From Klebsormidium nitens (taxonomy: Eukaryota; Plantae; Klebsormidiophyceae): a stretch of 64,000 nt of DNA. Both the position numbers and the translations under genes were made by a program. Below the pieces are notes generated by a model. That model saw nothing but the letters and a program-made list of their open reading frames with translations. It did not search any database and was not told the origin of the DNA. Each line of letters begins with the position of its first letter. The first letter of the stretch is position 1. Below, piece after piece: positions 49,908 through 63,104 of the stretch. The DNA lies in contig DF237199.1 of NCBI GenBank assembly GCA_000708835.1, positions 1 through 64,000 on the forward strand, in the 5' to 3' direction.

Positions 49908-52312
49908 ATGTAAGCTGCTCAGCCGCTCTGAAGATTAGAAGTGAAGTTGTGCAGAGGTACCTGGCTTCGCTTGTAACTTATTCTGTGACACTGTCTGCTG
50001 CTGCTGGTGGTGCTGGCTAATGATTGGAGAGCCAGGTAAGGGTGGCCACCTAGTTGCAGGGGATCCACAAGACTTTGATTGGGGTCCTTGTTGGTCTGTG
50101 CAAGTTCAAATGCCCAGACCTGTCTCATCCGCTTGTGCATTCAGCAGGGGTAAATACACAGACAGTGCAAGAATTAAGTGCATGGCAATCAATGATGGAC
50201 TGGGTGTGTCAAAAGCACAATGCATATCCAACGAGCAGTGATGTCAGTGCTAGCTATCCAAAGAGTATTCCAGGATCAGAAGAAGTCTCATTGTACAAAA
50301 TGCGGGGCCTTTATGCTTTGCATTTCTTTGCTGGAAGACTCATGTGCATTACAGTTGTTTTCCATACTCCACTAGAATGTGGGTCCCTCACTGATCTCAA
50401 CTGCATTGCTTGATGTATATGAAGTACCTCAAGTGAGATTCCCTGCATTGTTTTCTGAAAGGCCACATTTAATCACAAAATGGTACTGAAGTTTCTTTCT
50501 TGAATGCAGGTCTTTACGCCACATTCCAAGCGACCGACTGCATGTCTCCACTCCCACTTGGTGGCTGCAGTCGCACGTGCATTTCAGCTACGCAGGACAT
50601 CAAGACCCAGTTCGAGACGAGTTTGGGGTCCTCCGTGTGCTTAACGATGACATTATCCAGGTAAGTGTTGTCAATATGGTTACTGAGGATTGTGTGGCCC
50701 TCCCAGTGTGAAGAAACTAGTTTGTCTTTGAAGCCAACAAATGGCAGCTTGTGAACTCTTGATGCTGCTGCCTACGTTGGCGAGTGGCTGGTGATTTATC
50801 TACTCAGCTTGTTAAGCTTGAAATCATGCCTCTACATTTCTTCCTTCACAATTCTAGCTCTAGGCGATGCTAGCTTAAGCAATCACGTCTTCCATAGCAC
50901 GCCTGCAATAAGAGTCCACATCGGTTGCTTCGAACATGCAAATAGTGAGGAGGTTCCTTGTCGTGCAGCCCCTTGCTGGATTCAACACGCACCCGCACCG
51001 GGACATGGAGCTGGTGATGTACATTGTGGAAGGGGAGATGCTGCACAGGGACAGCCTGGGGGGCACCGGCCTGCTGCCGCGGGGGACGGTGCAGTACCTG
51101 GGGTCCGGGACGGGGATGACGCACTCGGAGATGAATCAGAGCAACACAGCCCCGTGAGTAATGGTGCCTGGGAAGCTTCAAGAGGTCCTGGACAAAGTTA
51201 TCTGGATGCAGTCTTTTTCGTAGAAACTTCCTTTTCAGGCGCGGACTCAGGTATGAAATAAGAGATGTGAGGGAACGGAACGGCACATGAATATGTAAAG
51301 ACTGGGGTCTGATGGCCGCTGAGAGAACAGGGTAAAACAGGGATCGATCAGCTTTTTGTCTGGCCATGCTAGTACCTCCAACAGTACCCTTTGACTTGTG
51401 GTTTGGACCTACTCGGACTTATCTCGCCTTGCCTAATCTCTGATCGTGGAAACTTTCTACGGTTTTTTCCTGCATGAGAAGCGCCGTCCTTTTCCCTGAT
51501 CCTCACCTTGTGTCTTTTCTTTCCAGGTTGCGTTTCCTCCAGGTCTGGATTAAGCCCGACGCGCGAGGCTACCCCCCTGCTTACGCCTCCCGGCAGTGCA
51601 CGAGGGAGGAGCGCCACAACAAGCTAAAGCAGCTGGCGTGCGGTCACCAGGGTTTGATGGCCAGCTTCTCAGCAGGGGGTGGCAGCGGCAGCCTGGACAT
51701 GATCTCCCTGCGCCAGGACGCCAACATTTTCGTGTCCGAAGCGGACCCGGGCGTCCGGCAGACGTTTGCACTTGAGAGGGGCCGGCAAGCGTACCTGGTA
51801 TGCATGGAGGGCGCGCTCACTGTGAATGGCGTCGTGCTGGAGCAGAGGGATGCCCTGGAGGTGAGCCGACGCACCTCGCTTTTGTAGGTGCTCCTTAGAA
51901 GAAGGTGCGGTGGCGCGTTTGGAGGGCTCGCGGAACCGGGCTTGTTTTCAAGGGCAACTCTCGTTGGCAAGGTTTTAGGATTGTCGAACTTGGAAAGGAC
52001 ACTGTTTGTCAACCATTTAGAATGGGGTATTGAAGGTGGTTGAATCATTGACGTGAGCTTGATGTTGTTGGTTCTCCCAAATCATTTGATTTGGTCCGAG
52101 TTGATTTGGTTTCAGCCCATTACGAAGCACCTGACAATCTGGGCTCTCTTGGGACAGCTTGTGCACCTCTTGATACTCGTGCACTTCTTGATACTCGATT
52201 GTATAAACTGCAGGCTGTTGCCGGAAATGACCAACCGCTGCCGCTGCGGTTCGGGGCCAGCACCGAGACGGGGGCGCATTTTCTCGTCATTGAAATGTCC
52301 GGGGTGGACTGA
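49908..52312 (+). CDS. Pirin-family cupin, paralogue B; 5' end uncertain
   Basis: AT|G split codon at 49908-49909/50510, at the same position as in paralogue A. Exons 50510-50660, 50969-51153, 51527-51860, 52214-52312. Motifs WWLQSHVHFSYA, FGVLRVLNDD, GFNTHPHRDME, GSGTGMTHSEMN and RFLQVWIKP. Confidence 0.9.
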
Positions 52313-53555
52313 CAGCATGCGTGTGCGGAAAGTCCATACTTGATTGATGCCCTCCGTATGATTGGACATTTTAATGGAAAGTCTAAAATGACATTGTTCC
52401 GTAGCGATCACATTGATCGTCAAAAGGACAGTCATAGACGCAAGCTTGCATGCGTAGGTTTATGGCTGCTGGAGATCAGCACCAGTCTTGAATCCTTTCT
52501 CTTATGAAAGGTTTTTAGAGTAAGGGGACCTTTAATTACGTAGCTGTGATAATGACGTACTTGCAGCCAGCAGGTTCCGCACATCGCTCAAGAGTCACCC
52601 AAGTTAGCCAGACTGTAAGATAAAACAAGCTTGTGTAGGGAAGGCCAGTGGGAGATCCTGGCATCCGCCAGGAGCGAGCCAGGTCTGTTGCAGGCTAGTG
52701 TATTGTCCAGTACCTGTTGGCAAACATTGGTGGTGGGCTTAGAAGTAGACGCTGATTTGCATGTGTACATACATAGTGCGCGGCAGCGCCTAATTTATAT
52801 CATCTCGACTCTCAAGTATCCAATACTTGGTCAAGTCCGGCTATATATATATCGCTTGCCGTACATAGATGTGTCTTTAATCATTCAGTGATGCCACAAG
52901 CTTCAACCATGTACTGTTCCATGCATGCTCACTCGCAAAGCTTTGTTCCATGCTGAAAAAGTTGCTTTGTGTGGGGAAATGCTGCAGGCCAAATGCAGGG
53001 TCGAGCATGTCATGCAATGTATAGTAAATTGCCGCCGGCGCCATGTATAAACGAACGATAGTTTTAGCACAAGCATTGATTTACACAGCACATGCATGAT
53101 CGAACCCATATAACATCAAACGATCCAACCGTCGTAGTTCGACTAAGGTCTTGCCGGCTCGCTCAATGCATTATTCCATCATCGGCTTGTTAGCGTCCAA
53201 TTATTCCGAAAAGCTGCCATCGGATGGGCCACGGGCCCCGTTTTCTGATTGCAGATTGAGGCTGAATCGTTTAAAAGTTCTTCATCCGTCCCGTGTCCGG
53301 TTCACAAGCTACACTCAAGAAAGCCGTTTCAGATAACACGTGGGCTTACGATGCCTACTCAAGCCACTTGCCTGCTTAATCCTGTCAATTGCTCTTTCAA
53401 CTCCTTCTTCCGCTATATCCTAACGGGCCTCAGCCCCTCCCGTAGCCTTGCTCAAATTTAGGTCTGTGGACCCCAGTCTCCAAGTCCAGTTATTAGGTCG
53501 GCCGCTGCCTCAGTTCGTTGCTTTCGGGCTTCCGTCAGAAGTCCTCCGCCTCCGG

Positions 53556-56500
53556 CTACCCCGCCTCCGGCCGTGCATGCCCCAAGGTCATGCAGTACGT
53601 ACCCCCCTTTTTGTTCCGCTTGCACTGGGGGCAAGCCTGCGGCCTGTCTGGATCGCGGGGCCCCCTCTTCTGCGAACTCGGTGTTCTTGGCTCTAATTTT
53701 GGCTGCTCCCCGGCTGGCACTCCGTGCCCCAACGCCGAACAGAAGCGGCCACCTTTCTTTCGCCTCCTGCATTTCTCGCAAGCTTTCGTACCAGGTTCCT
53801 CGCTGCTCTTCCGCTTCCCGCTCAAACTGTCCTTCGGAAGCGCCTGCTTCGTTTTCCTCCTCCCATCGTCCACCCCTCCTCGCGCTTGGCCCACGCCTGC
53901 CCGTTGCGCAATCGGACAGTCCTCCGAGGATGTCTCGTCCGTTTCTGGCCGACCTTCCGCCTTTGCCGTAGTTTGTTCCCAGGGTTCCGAGCTCGGCACG
54001 GACTCGGAATCGAACGTCGGCGAAACACTTCGCCGTCCTGAAACCTCGACTCGGCTGGGGCCCCGCCTCCCTGTCGAACCGACCCCAGTCACCCTACCCC
54101 GTTCCGCTCCGTTCCGTTCCGTGCCTCCCACATGCTCATCTTCCTGGCGGAATCCTGTCCCCCGACTGCCCATTCCAGCTCTCACAGACCCGGGATCCAC
54201 GTAATCCGTTTCCGAATCATACCCAAACTGGCGCTTCGCGAGTCGAGGGCTCCGCCGCACGGGGCTCATACCATCTTCCGCCAGATCCGGGGACGGAGGT
54301 CCGCTGTCCCTGATCGCTGACCCCGGCAAGACTGCTAAAGCCGGCGGCCGCAGACCGTTACCAGACCGGGTCCCATTACCGGTGTTACGGCCCGCCGCCA
54401 GCCGATCCTGAGCGGCGCGGTTCGTTTGCCGCTGCCGCCGCGTCTGGCGCTGCGGGTTCTGGGACGCGAGGCGCGGCTCGTCCAGGCGCGCGCACGCGGC
54501 CAGGAAGGCGGCGTGGCACGGGGGGCAGTACCAGTCGCCCTGCAGACAGCAGGGGGACGGCTCAAAACGGAACAAGCGTATGGCCGCCGATCCTGAGGGT
54601 GTGAGACACCTACTCGCAATCTACTGAGAATCTTGTGGTCGGCTACAAGAAGTAGCGCATACGAGCTAGCAATGAAGAAGCTGGGCAGGCTCCTAAGCTT
54701 ATAGAACATACTTAACGTAAGCACCACATGAGATAAGCATCAACTTCTAGAAGCGCGCAGTTGAATGGATCCCTACAGTTTTGCTCGTACTTGACACCTG
54801 GCAGAAAGAAGATTCGCTCAAAGAGCAAGCTTCTGGATTCCCTTCTGAACCTGCCGATCGCTCTGCCACAAACGAACCAACAGAAGAATTGAAAAACTTA
54901 TGCACATCCGTCTTCATTCTCCAATATAAGCCGGTGTCGCTTTTCTCCACACTTAGCCGGCATCACTTCCCCTCAACTAACCAGAGACCCTGCAGTGTTT
55001 GGAACGGTGGCTTTACCTCGGGGACGGCTGCAAGGCCGATGCACCAGAGGTGGTAGCCCTTGTTGCAGTTGTCGCAGATGAGGATGTAGTTGCCCGCCTC
55101 GTCCTCCGTCTCGTCCAGGCTGCACACCTGCACCCGCCGCACCCACCGCCGCGTCAGAAAAGTTGATCGCCATGGACTCATCAATTGACGAACTGCGATG
55201 GGGATCAGTTCCTCCGAAGAGAAACGGCAAGTGGCCGGCCAGGCACATTATCGCCTCGGGCGGGTTGTCTACGCTGAAAACAACAGGCAGTCCATTGAAA
55301 ATTGGTGGACCAGAGCGCATTGAGATGGAGCCCATCGGTTGACGTAGCCGTTGCTTTGCTGCTTCTGCTGGCCAAACCAGGCGAATCTGCGAAGTCTACT
55401 TCGATCCGAAGCGGCTAGATGTAGTAAAACCGTCCCAGGGACTCTGCAAGATCAAGCAGAATGCGCCTATGCTATGAGATACGTCAGAATGCTGACCTCG
55501 CACATGACGTCAGCGAACTCGTTGGCCCCGTGGTCCTCGTCGTAGCTGGGCCTCAGGTTGCGGTGCGCAATGATCGCGCCCTCAAACACGGGGATGCGCG
55601 CGCGGCAAGTGGGGCACCTGCCGATAAAGATTGGCACACGATGACGTTTGATAACAAGCTTTCTCTTCCAAAACGAGATGCCATTTGAGAAGGCGAACAA
55701 CAATTAACAGAAAGCTCAAGGAAACCCCGGCCCCAGTGAGGGCTGCCAGGGTTGTTTGAGCCGTGGCTAAAGCCTGTTCACTGAAACGGCAAAATGTCCG
55801 ACTGGACCGTCAAGGATTTGAGGCATACTGGAGGCCTGTTACAACAAATCCGTGGGAGTCTTCTCAAAATCAGAAACCATAAGAAGCTAAAAGCCGGGAG
55901 CTCGCTTTGCCCACGAAGAGCGCTACGGTTGAGGTGAATGGCGAGAGAACCTGTGACATGCCCAAGCGTTCTCCTTGATCTGAATAAATGACACAGATCA
56001 GTTTCACTACGACAAGCAAGAGTAGGGGCGGGCGCTCACGAGTTGCTGGAGGTGAGCCAGTTGAGGAGGCAGGGCCGGTGGAAGATGTGGCCGCACTGCT
56101 CCGTCTGGCACAGCTCGCCCTCGGCCTCCACGTCGAACTGGCAGATGCTGCACCGAGCTGCACGCACGAGGGGACGTGTTTTGCGCTCTATTTGAAAGTT
56201 TCGTTTTACCAGCGTGTAAGCGTACACAGCCAGAAGGGCAAAACATCGGGGCTCAGACGTTGGAAACAATCTTGTACCAGACGGACGGAGTGTTACCGAA
56301 GTAAGAACGAAAAGTAACATCCTCAAGAAAGCAGCAGGACGGGGCATGGTACACTCAAATACCAAAGGCGCGCAAGCCAGGCCTTGTCTCTTTCCCTGTT
56401 GGATCGTCCCTCACTTGAATGTAGGCACAAGTACCTTGCTGCAGGACGCTTTGCCAACGACACATCCCCGCAAAGCCAAATCTCAACAAAGTTTCGTAAG

Positions 56501-59500
56501 CGACTTACGGTCGTGCAGCCACTTCTCCACCCGCGCTGCGAACGCAACCGCCTGCGCGAGCTCCCCCTTGGCAAACCGCTGCCGCCGGGGCCGCCGCCCC
56601 TCCGTCGGCACCTCGTAGAACACCTCCAGTTGGTCAGGGGGGCATAGCGTCCCCTTCTCCAGGCCCCCAAACTGGCTCTCCACATCCGGCTGGGACTCTT
56701 GTCCCTCCCCCTCCTCAGCCCCCTGCTTTTCTGTCGGCCTTTGTCTGCCCCCTGCAGGAGCCACTCCGGCAGCTGCAACCTCCCCTTCCTTTTCTACTTG
56801 CTCCAGCAGCGTGCACGCACTCCCCAGCGCCCCTTGTTCCGAGTCCGTCAGCTTTTTCCCGACGAGACGCCGAACCACATATCGCGCCCCCGCTTGCGAC
56901 GCCTTCCAGGCCTTTCTCCGCAGCACAGACTCTGTCAAAGTGCCAATGTCCGGCAGTCCGCTGACCGGCCGCGCCTGAAAGTCTAGAGCCGCCCGCACGT
57001 CCATAAGCTGCCGCCGCGACTCATGAGCTATGGGCCGGACGTCCAGTTCTCCCACCGGGGGAGTGCCCGCGAGCAGGTAAAACGCCCACCCCCCAATCTT
57101 GGTCACAAGCCCGACCACGTCGAACCGGAGCGCGGCTCTCTGCTCCTTGCTGGCGGCTTTGTACTGCACCCAGTTTTCATTTTCTGCTTCCTCCGGCTTC
57201 TCCGCGCCGTTCTTCTCGGCAACAACAGGGGCCACTCCTTTTTTCACCGGTTGCACGTTCATGCCGAAAGCATCCGTGCACACCCCGAGCGAAGGAGGCC
57301 CCGAACGAGCCCCGGCCTTTACTGCTTCCCGCAGATCCCCTTCGTGAACGGACGCCACGTCGACCCCTTCCGCATAAGGCCCAACAACCGACCTCCGCTT
57401 TTTCAGGTGGAGGCCCCTATCTGCCGTTGCTTGCTTCTCAGTCTCGGTCTCTGTTAGACAGTCCCTGAGCCCGTTTCTCTTGGCTTCCGTTTCCTTTGCG
57501 CCGGTCCTTTCCGTGCCCGTCCCTTGCTCCGTCTTTTCCCTTTGGCCCGATCTCCAGCGGTCTCCCTTGCTGACGCCTTCCGCAACCTTGTCCACTCCCG
57601 CCGCAGGAAGCTCTGCTCTCTCTGCCCTTCCTCGTTTCGCTGGCGCCCCGTCGTCCTCTTCCAGACACGCCGCGCGCCCCTTCCTGGGCCAGATGTAAAA
57701 GTCGTCGCTCCCAGGACAGGCATCCAGACCTGAGACATCAGCAGCAGCCCCCTGGTCCTTTCGGAGGGGATTTTGGAGCCGGCCCTGAGCTTCGAGGTGG
57801 TCCTTCTTTCCCCCCACCGACTCCGAGCGGGATCCCAACGAAGGCACATCCCTTGCAATGACCGCCCCCCCTTGCATCTCCCTGGGTCCGTCCTCTCGAT
57901 GGGCTAGCTTTCTGCTCACCGAAGGAACGGGATATTGCGCAGCCTCTAGGCTGCTTCGACTCTTGGACGGCAACAGGCCCGACTGGATTCCCCCGCCTAG
58001 CGGCAGCCCCCGCCCCCTTGTGCTCGGCCTCCGGAGGGCCTCCCACTCCTGGCCGCTCAGCTCGAACTCGTCCTCTGCTGACGTCAGATTGTGCCCCTGT
58101 TTTTCCCCACCTGCCCCCTCGGCCTTTGCGCAAGCACCCTCCTCGAAAACATCCAATTCGCCCTTTAGTCTGGCCTTTCCGGTTTTCCGGGGTGCAAATA
58201 GTGAGCCCTTTTGAGGAGCAGCAGTGTTAGCCTCAGTACTAGTCTTGTCCCCAACTCCTTCCCCAGAATCAGCCCGTTGCACTCCAAGTTCCAGTCCTGC
58301 GGCACACTCTGACTCCCCTCCAGAGAGCCCCCCCTCTTCCCAAGCCTCCCTTTCCTCTTCTGACGCAAACTGATGGTCGTTGTTGCTTTGCCTCTTTGAC
58401 TGGACGCTCGCGCAGGCGCCCACTCCCGTTGCGCCACCTGGCAGCTCCGCCTCGCTCGGCACCGTTAGCCGGACCTCGGAAGGGGTTTCCGGAACCACCT
58501 GATCGGACTCGCCCACCAGGTCAAACGCGTCCAGCAGAGACCGCTTCTGAATCCCTCGCCTCAGGTACTTCTTTCGCAGTCTTCCAAGAGGCACCGCCTC
58601 TTCGCTAACATCCTCGAGACCCTGTTTGGCGAGCCCGACCCCTCCTCCGGCTAGTGAATCCGGACCAGGTGGGCCCAGGACAAGGCCCCCGGGCTTGAAG
58701 CTGGGTGCAGGTTCGAACGCCGGCTGAGGCTTTGCAACAGCAGCCCGCCTCTCCGCAGCCTCAGCTACCGCCTTTTGGAGTGTGTTCCTCTTAGCCCCAG
58801 CAACAGCTGACGGCCCCCTCTGTCGTTTTGACCCCGCCGATTCTGATTTTTCAATTTTGTCCCCAGCATCTGCCTTGCCGTTTTTAGGCTTTCCCTTGGA
58901 GATTTCGGTATGGAAGTCGGAAGGTTCCCCTCCCGGAACTTTCCTTCGTAACACCTCCTGGGTCGCTTCTTCCTCGCGTGGCTCCTGCCCCTCCTCCAGC
59001 TGGCTGGCCAGCATTCCCCTCCCCAGCCGCCCCAAGGCTGCATAGAAGGCCGCCTTCTGGGGGGCCACTTCTCCCAGAATATCCTCCCCGGATGCACGGG
59101 CTTTCTCGTCTTCATCCAACCGTGTCCTGAGCTCCTCACCCTCCAGATCCTCATTCGTTATCCGTTTATGCTCGCCTAAAGCCCGCTTTCCCCGCTTTCG
59201 CCGTTCCCCGGGATGCTCTTTCTGACCGCGGTCCGTCCCTTGCACCGGCATCCGTGCCAGCAACTCTGGCCCTGCCTCAGGATCACTTCTAATTGCCTGC
59301 AAAAGGGATTGTTGGGGTCCAGATCAGACATTGTGCCAAAACGAAGCACTTCTGATGAAGCATCCCAGTACTGCCTGACGAAAGAAAAAGCAAAACATTG
59401 AAGGGCACTGAGGACCACCTGAGAGAAAAGCACTTCAAGACTGAGGCTACATGTTTGAGGACAAAAGTGGACAAGTTGAACACAAAAGCAATGCTCCAAT

Positions 59501-61100
59501 CTCGCGGTACCATGATGCTTGGCTGTTACAGGAAGCCCACCACATCCTGCATATTTTACTTTACTATTACTTTATTTATTTATTATACTTTAGCATATTT
59601 TCCTGGGCCTTACAACCGAAGCCAAGGTCCTAGGTCCCAACCTACAGAGCCAGCTTTAGGCAAAAGAACCCCTTCGTGCATTGCAGAGCCTCACCTTTGC
59701 AGGCAGCACTCGATCTTCTCCACCATTCAGACCTTCCCCAGCCTTTGGCACACCTCCGTCAGCCGCTGCCCTGCAAACCCGTCGCGCCAGCCCAGATCCG
59801 GCTCGCACACCATCTTCCGGGCCCGCTTTTGCAGCCAGCTCCCTGGCGCCCATGCTAATCAGCGGCCCCATTAGTGCAGGGTCCAGTCCAAGTCCACTTT
59901 TCCTCTCGCCCCCAGGCACCGGGGCCTTTCCCTCCACTTTTCTCCTTTTAGGACTTCTCCCCTCTTGCTCTCCTACCCCTTCGTGCGCCTTCCCCCCTCT
60001 TACCACCCCCGCCATGCCACCAGGCTCACCGACTACATCATTGACACCCTTTTCCTCACGCCCCATTTGCCTGCACCCTGCGCCTGCCCCAGCATCAGCA
60101 TTCCGTCCCCCCACTTCCGCTTTATTCCCCTGCTCGGCCCCCACCCCCGCGTGTCCCCCTGCCGCCGCAGCCGCTTTGGCAGCCACGCGGCGGGCCCTTC
60201 TAGCCCTCTTGGCAGCCCGCCTGATCTTCCGCTGCCTCCTCTCCGCTTCGTCCCCCAGCTCATCCACAAACTTTACCGCTCGCACGACGTCTACCCGAAC
60301 GCCCTTCCCGACTCTCACATACGGGAGCGCCGCACGGGACACCGTCAAGTACCGCAAGGGCTCCTGCTGCCCCCTCACAAGGCCCGCGTGGCCATCTCCT
60401 TCTTTGTTGGGGACAGCATTGTTCCCCCCTTCGTCCCTGAAGCACAGGCCAGCGTGCAGACCCCTGGCGCCTCCTCCCGGACCCGTACTGGTAGCATCTG
60501 GTGCCGGCTGCTCTCCCGCTGTTTGGGTAGGTGCTCTCCCCAGGACAGCTGGATTGTCAGCCGTTTTGCTTTGCCCCAACTCTGCACCGCTTGTCATTGC
60601 TGCTGTGCCGTCAGGGCTGTCTGAAAAGGCCCCGGACCCACAGCATTGTCCAAGTAACTGTTTTGACTGGCCCAGCTGCTCTGGCAAGACTGTCAGCAAG
60701 GTATCCACTCTCAGCCCGCTTTCAATGAGCCTTAGGCCTGCAATGAAAGTGAGCAGAACCAAAATCAGAAACTGAGATAAATGATTTGCAGCAGAAAGGA
60801 GGTTTGAGCTTGTCAACGCCCCCACTCACAGCCCATAAACCCATTGCGTTCTCAAAGGAAAGCATTCAAAGGCAATAACTGAACTGGAAGAAATGCTGGG
60901 AGAGTATGCATCTCACAGAACTTGTGAAATCATTCCAGGAAGGAACACCTCGGTCCTGATCGCGCTCAATGCAGTAAAGCATCATGCAATGTTCACCAGA
61001 TTGCCCATTGTGCACCCTCCATTTGTTCAGTGTTGAATACGTCACCCTTGGTTCTGGAGGTGCCGCACTCACCATGGTCATTGAAGCATGACTTCCAGTC
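53556..61100 (-). CDS. Large RING-H2 + PHD finger protein (PHRF1-like architecture) with long disordered N-terminus and two C-terminal C3H motifs; start exon unresolved (upstream of 61100)
   Basis: Exons 61100-61073, 60737-59695, 59296-56509, 56157-56040, 55617-55497, 55127-55017, 54539-53556, phase-consistent. RING-H2: CSIC...CGHIFHRPC...CPTC. PHD: CEVC...CDNC...HLWC...WYCPPC. Confidence 0.85.
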
Positions 61101-63104
61101 CTGCAGTTCCCCTACGATTATTCGCCAGAGCACCTCCAAAACACCGCCAATCGATTCTGTTGCCTTCCTCGCCGTTACAAATGCTGGTGGTTACGGGTGG
61201 AGAATGCAAGCCGGTCTTGTCTGGAAACTCTTGCAAAGCTTCTTCTTGGATCAGTTTGTAATGCTTCTAGATGATTAGCTGAATGCTGTAGTGCTCAAGT
61301 CCCAGAAGCACACGAAGAGCAGCAGATTGAGCTTGATAGGCCCTGACCTTCTTTGCCCTTGACCAATCCTACTGATAATGGTGTGCAATGGCAAATCGTC
61401 ACTCGGTCATCTACCAAGGTAATACCATATGAAGCTGCTGACCACCGAAGCCTTCAAGAAGCAAAAGGTTGCTTGAGAGACCATAGAAAGGCAACTCGAA
61501 CCCATGATCACTGCCACCTTGGCCGCCATTGCAAGATCATGTTGCCAGGCTGTCATGCACCGGATTTGAAGACGCCAATGTCGCACTGTGACTCTGAGCT
61601 CTAGCTTTGAGGCGTTGCACACGTGCGTGCATGCGACTTTTTCAAATTTTCAAAAGCAATTTGATTTGTTCGCGCCAAAAGCCCGGAAATGTACCCGCAG
61701 TTTGAGTTTCCATTTCGGAGAATAAAACCAGCCGAGCAAATCCTGCCTAATGTGGTTGGGTTCTTCCCGAACGCATCTCTTATGTAATTTAACGGCAGAT
61801 GGGTTTTGGCCCTGGGGTTCGCCAGTCAGCGACCTAGGTACCGTAGGCAGCCTGCAGGATTTGGCCCTGAGTGGGCCTTGCTTGCATGATGCAGGAATCA
61901 GCCATGCATGCTTCTGTGGCGCAAATTCTCATCTTGTCATTCAGGTTTCAGGTACCTAGGAGGTACAATGTGGTTAGGGAGGCATAATGTCAATGGTGTA
62001 TTCAGGCATTGTTCGTAAAGACGAGCCTCAAATGCGCACTATCATTACCCCACTTCAGTGGTAATTGGACACCGCTCGGCTGAGTGATTGAAGTCTGTGC
62101 GGTTGCTGATGTTTGGCTCTTGGTCGGCATGAATTCGGGGGAACGCGCTCAGCTTTAGATACCGCGGGTAGAGGTAAGAACTTTCAGTCGCCTTTTGCAA
62201 ATCTGTCTCTTTATGCTTAGACATGGTAGTCAGACCCCAGAACTAGGGGTGCACTTGATATGACAAGTCTGCCACTGTGCTTGATGTGGTTCGTTGCAGT
62301 TGCTGTACCTCTAATCGTGTCCCTCAATGTCGATTTGAGAATTGAGTGCATTCTTTACCACAGTAGACTTTCCGGACATTGTCGATTGCATGCAATGCTG
62401 GTGGAAGAGCTTTTTCAGAGTGTGCTGAAGCAATGGAACAGCAATGTTTGTTCTGTGCACAGGCACACCTTCATAAGTTGGTAATATAAAAGGCAATGAG
62501 CCACACACTTCATGCTCAGAAGGATCTGCCAATGTTTGAATTACAGCTGCGCGGTGCTGCGCACAAACAAGTTTTGGCAACACTCTAAAAGCATCTCTGC
62601 AGAAGATTCTCAACCTGGCTGAAGTTTTGACAGTTATTTGCCTCACAAACCTTGCTCTTGAAGGGCGAAATGATTGCACCCTGACGCTACCTACTGAAAA
62701 GACTGTTCTTTTGAAGCGGCACTAAATCATCTTAGAATTGGGTGGTCACGGCCAGATGCCGAGAAAGTATCCACTCTGATGGTTCTCATGCACTCATGAT
62801 GGTTCTAAGTAAGGCAGCTCCCTGCCTCAACCACTCTTCCTGCAATTGAGCATCCAATTTACCATGGCGCCCATTGCCCTGCAATCGATATTCTTCATTT
62901 GTCTGGGAGTCAAACCTCCTCACGACTTGCGGAATCTAACTGATATCCCCCATCTTTAGCCTCCTCCCGTGATTTGCTTCAACTGAAGCTTGAGTTATAG
63001 AGGGCCAAGGGCCCCTGTTTAAGTACTTTTTCTGCACATTCAGCTTTATCTTGTGGGACTGTGCATCAGCAGCTCACGTACACTCTTTGTTTTGTTGTTC
63101 TCAG

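Noticed and set aside
10293-52312. Idea that MurC and the pirins form a horizontally acquired bacterial cluster or contaminant
   Set aside because: All are intron-rich, ~30 kb apart and interspersed with typical eukaryotic genes; there is no operon structure.
59297-59694. Possible extra exons inside the RING-PHD intron (acceptors near 59363 and 59547)
   Set aside because: Both introduce stops in the required phase; direct splicing PAK|AIRSD keeps the frame.
59681-60775. 364-aa plus-strand Pro/Ser-rich ORF
   Set aside because: It is the antisense shadow of RING-PHD exon 60737-59695.
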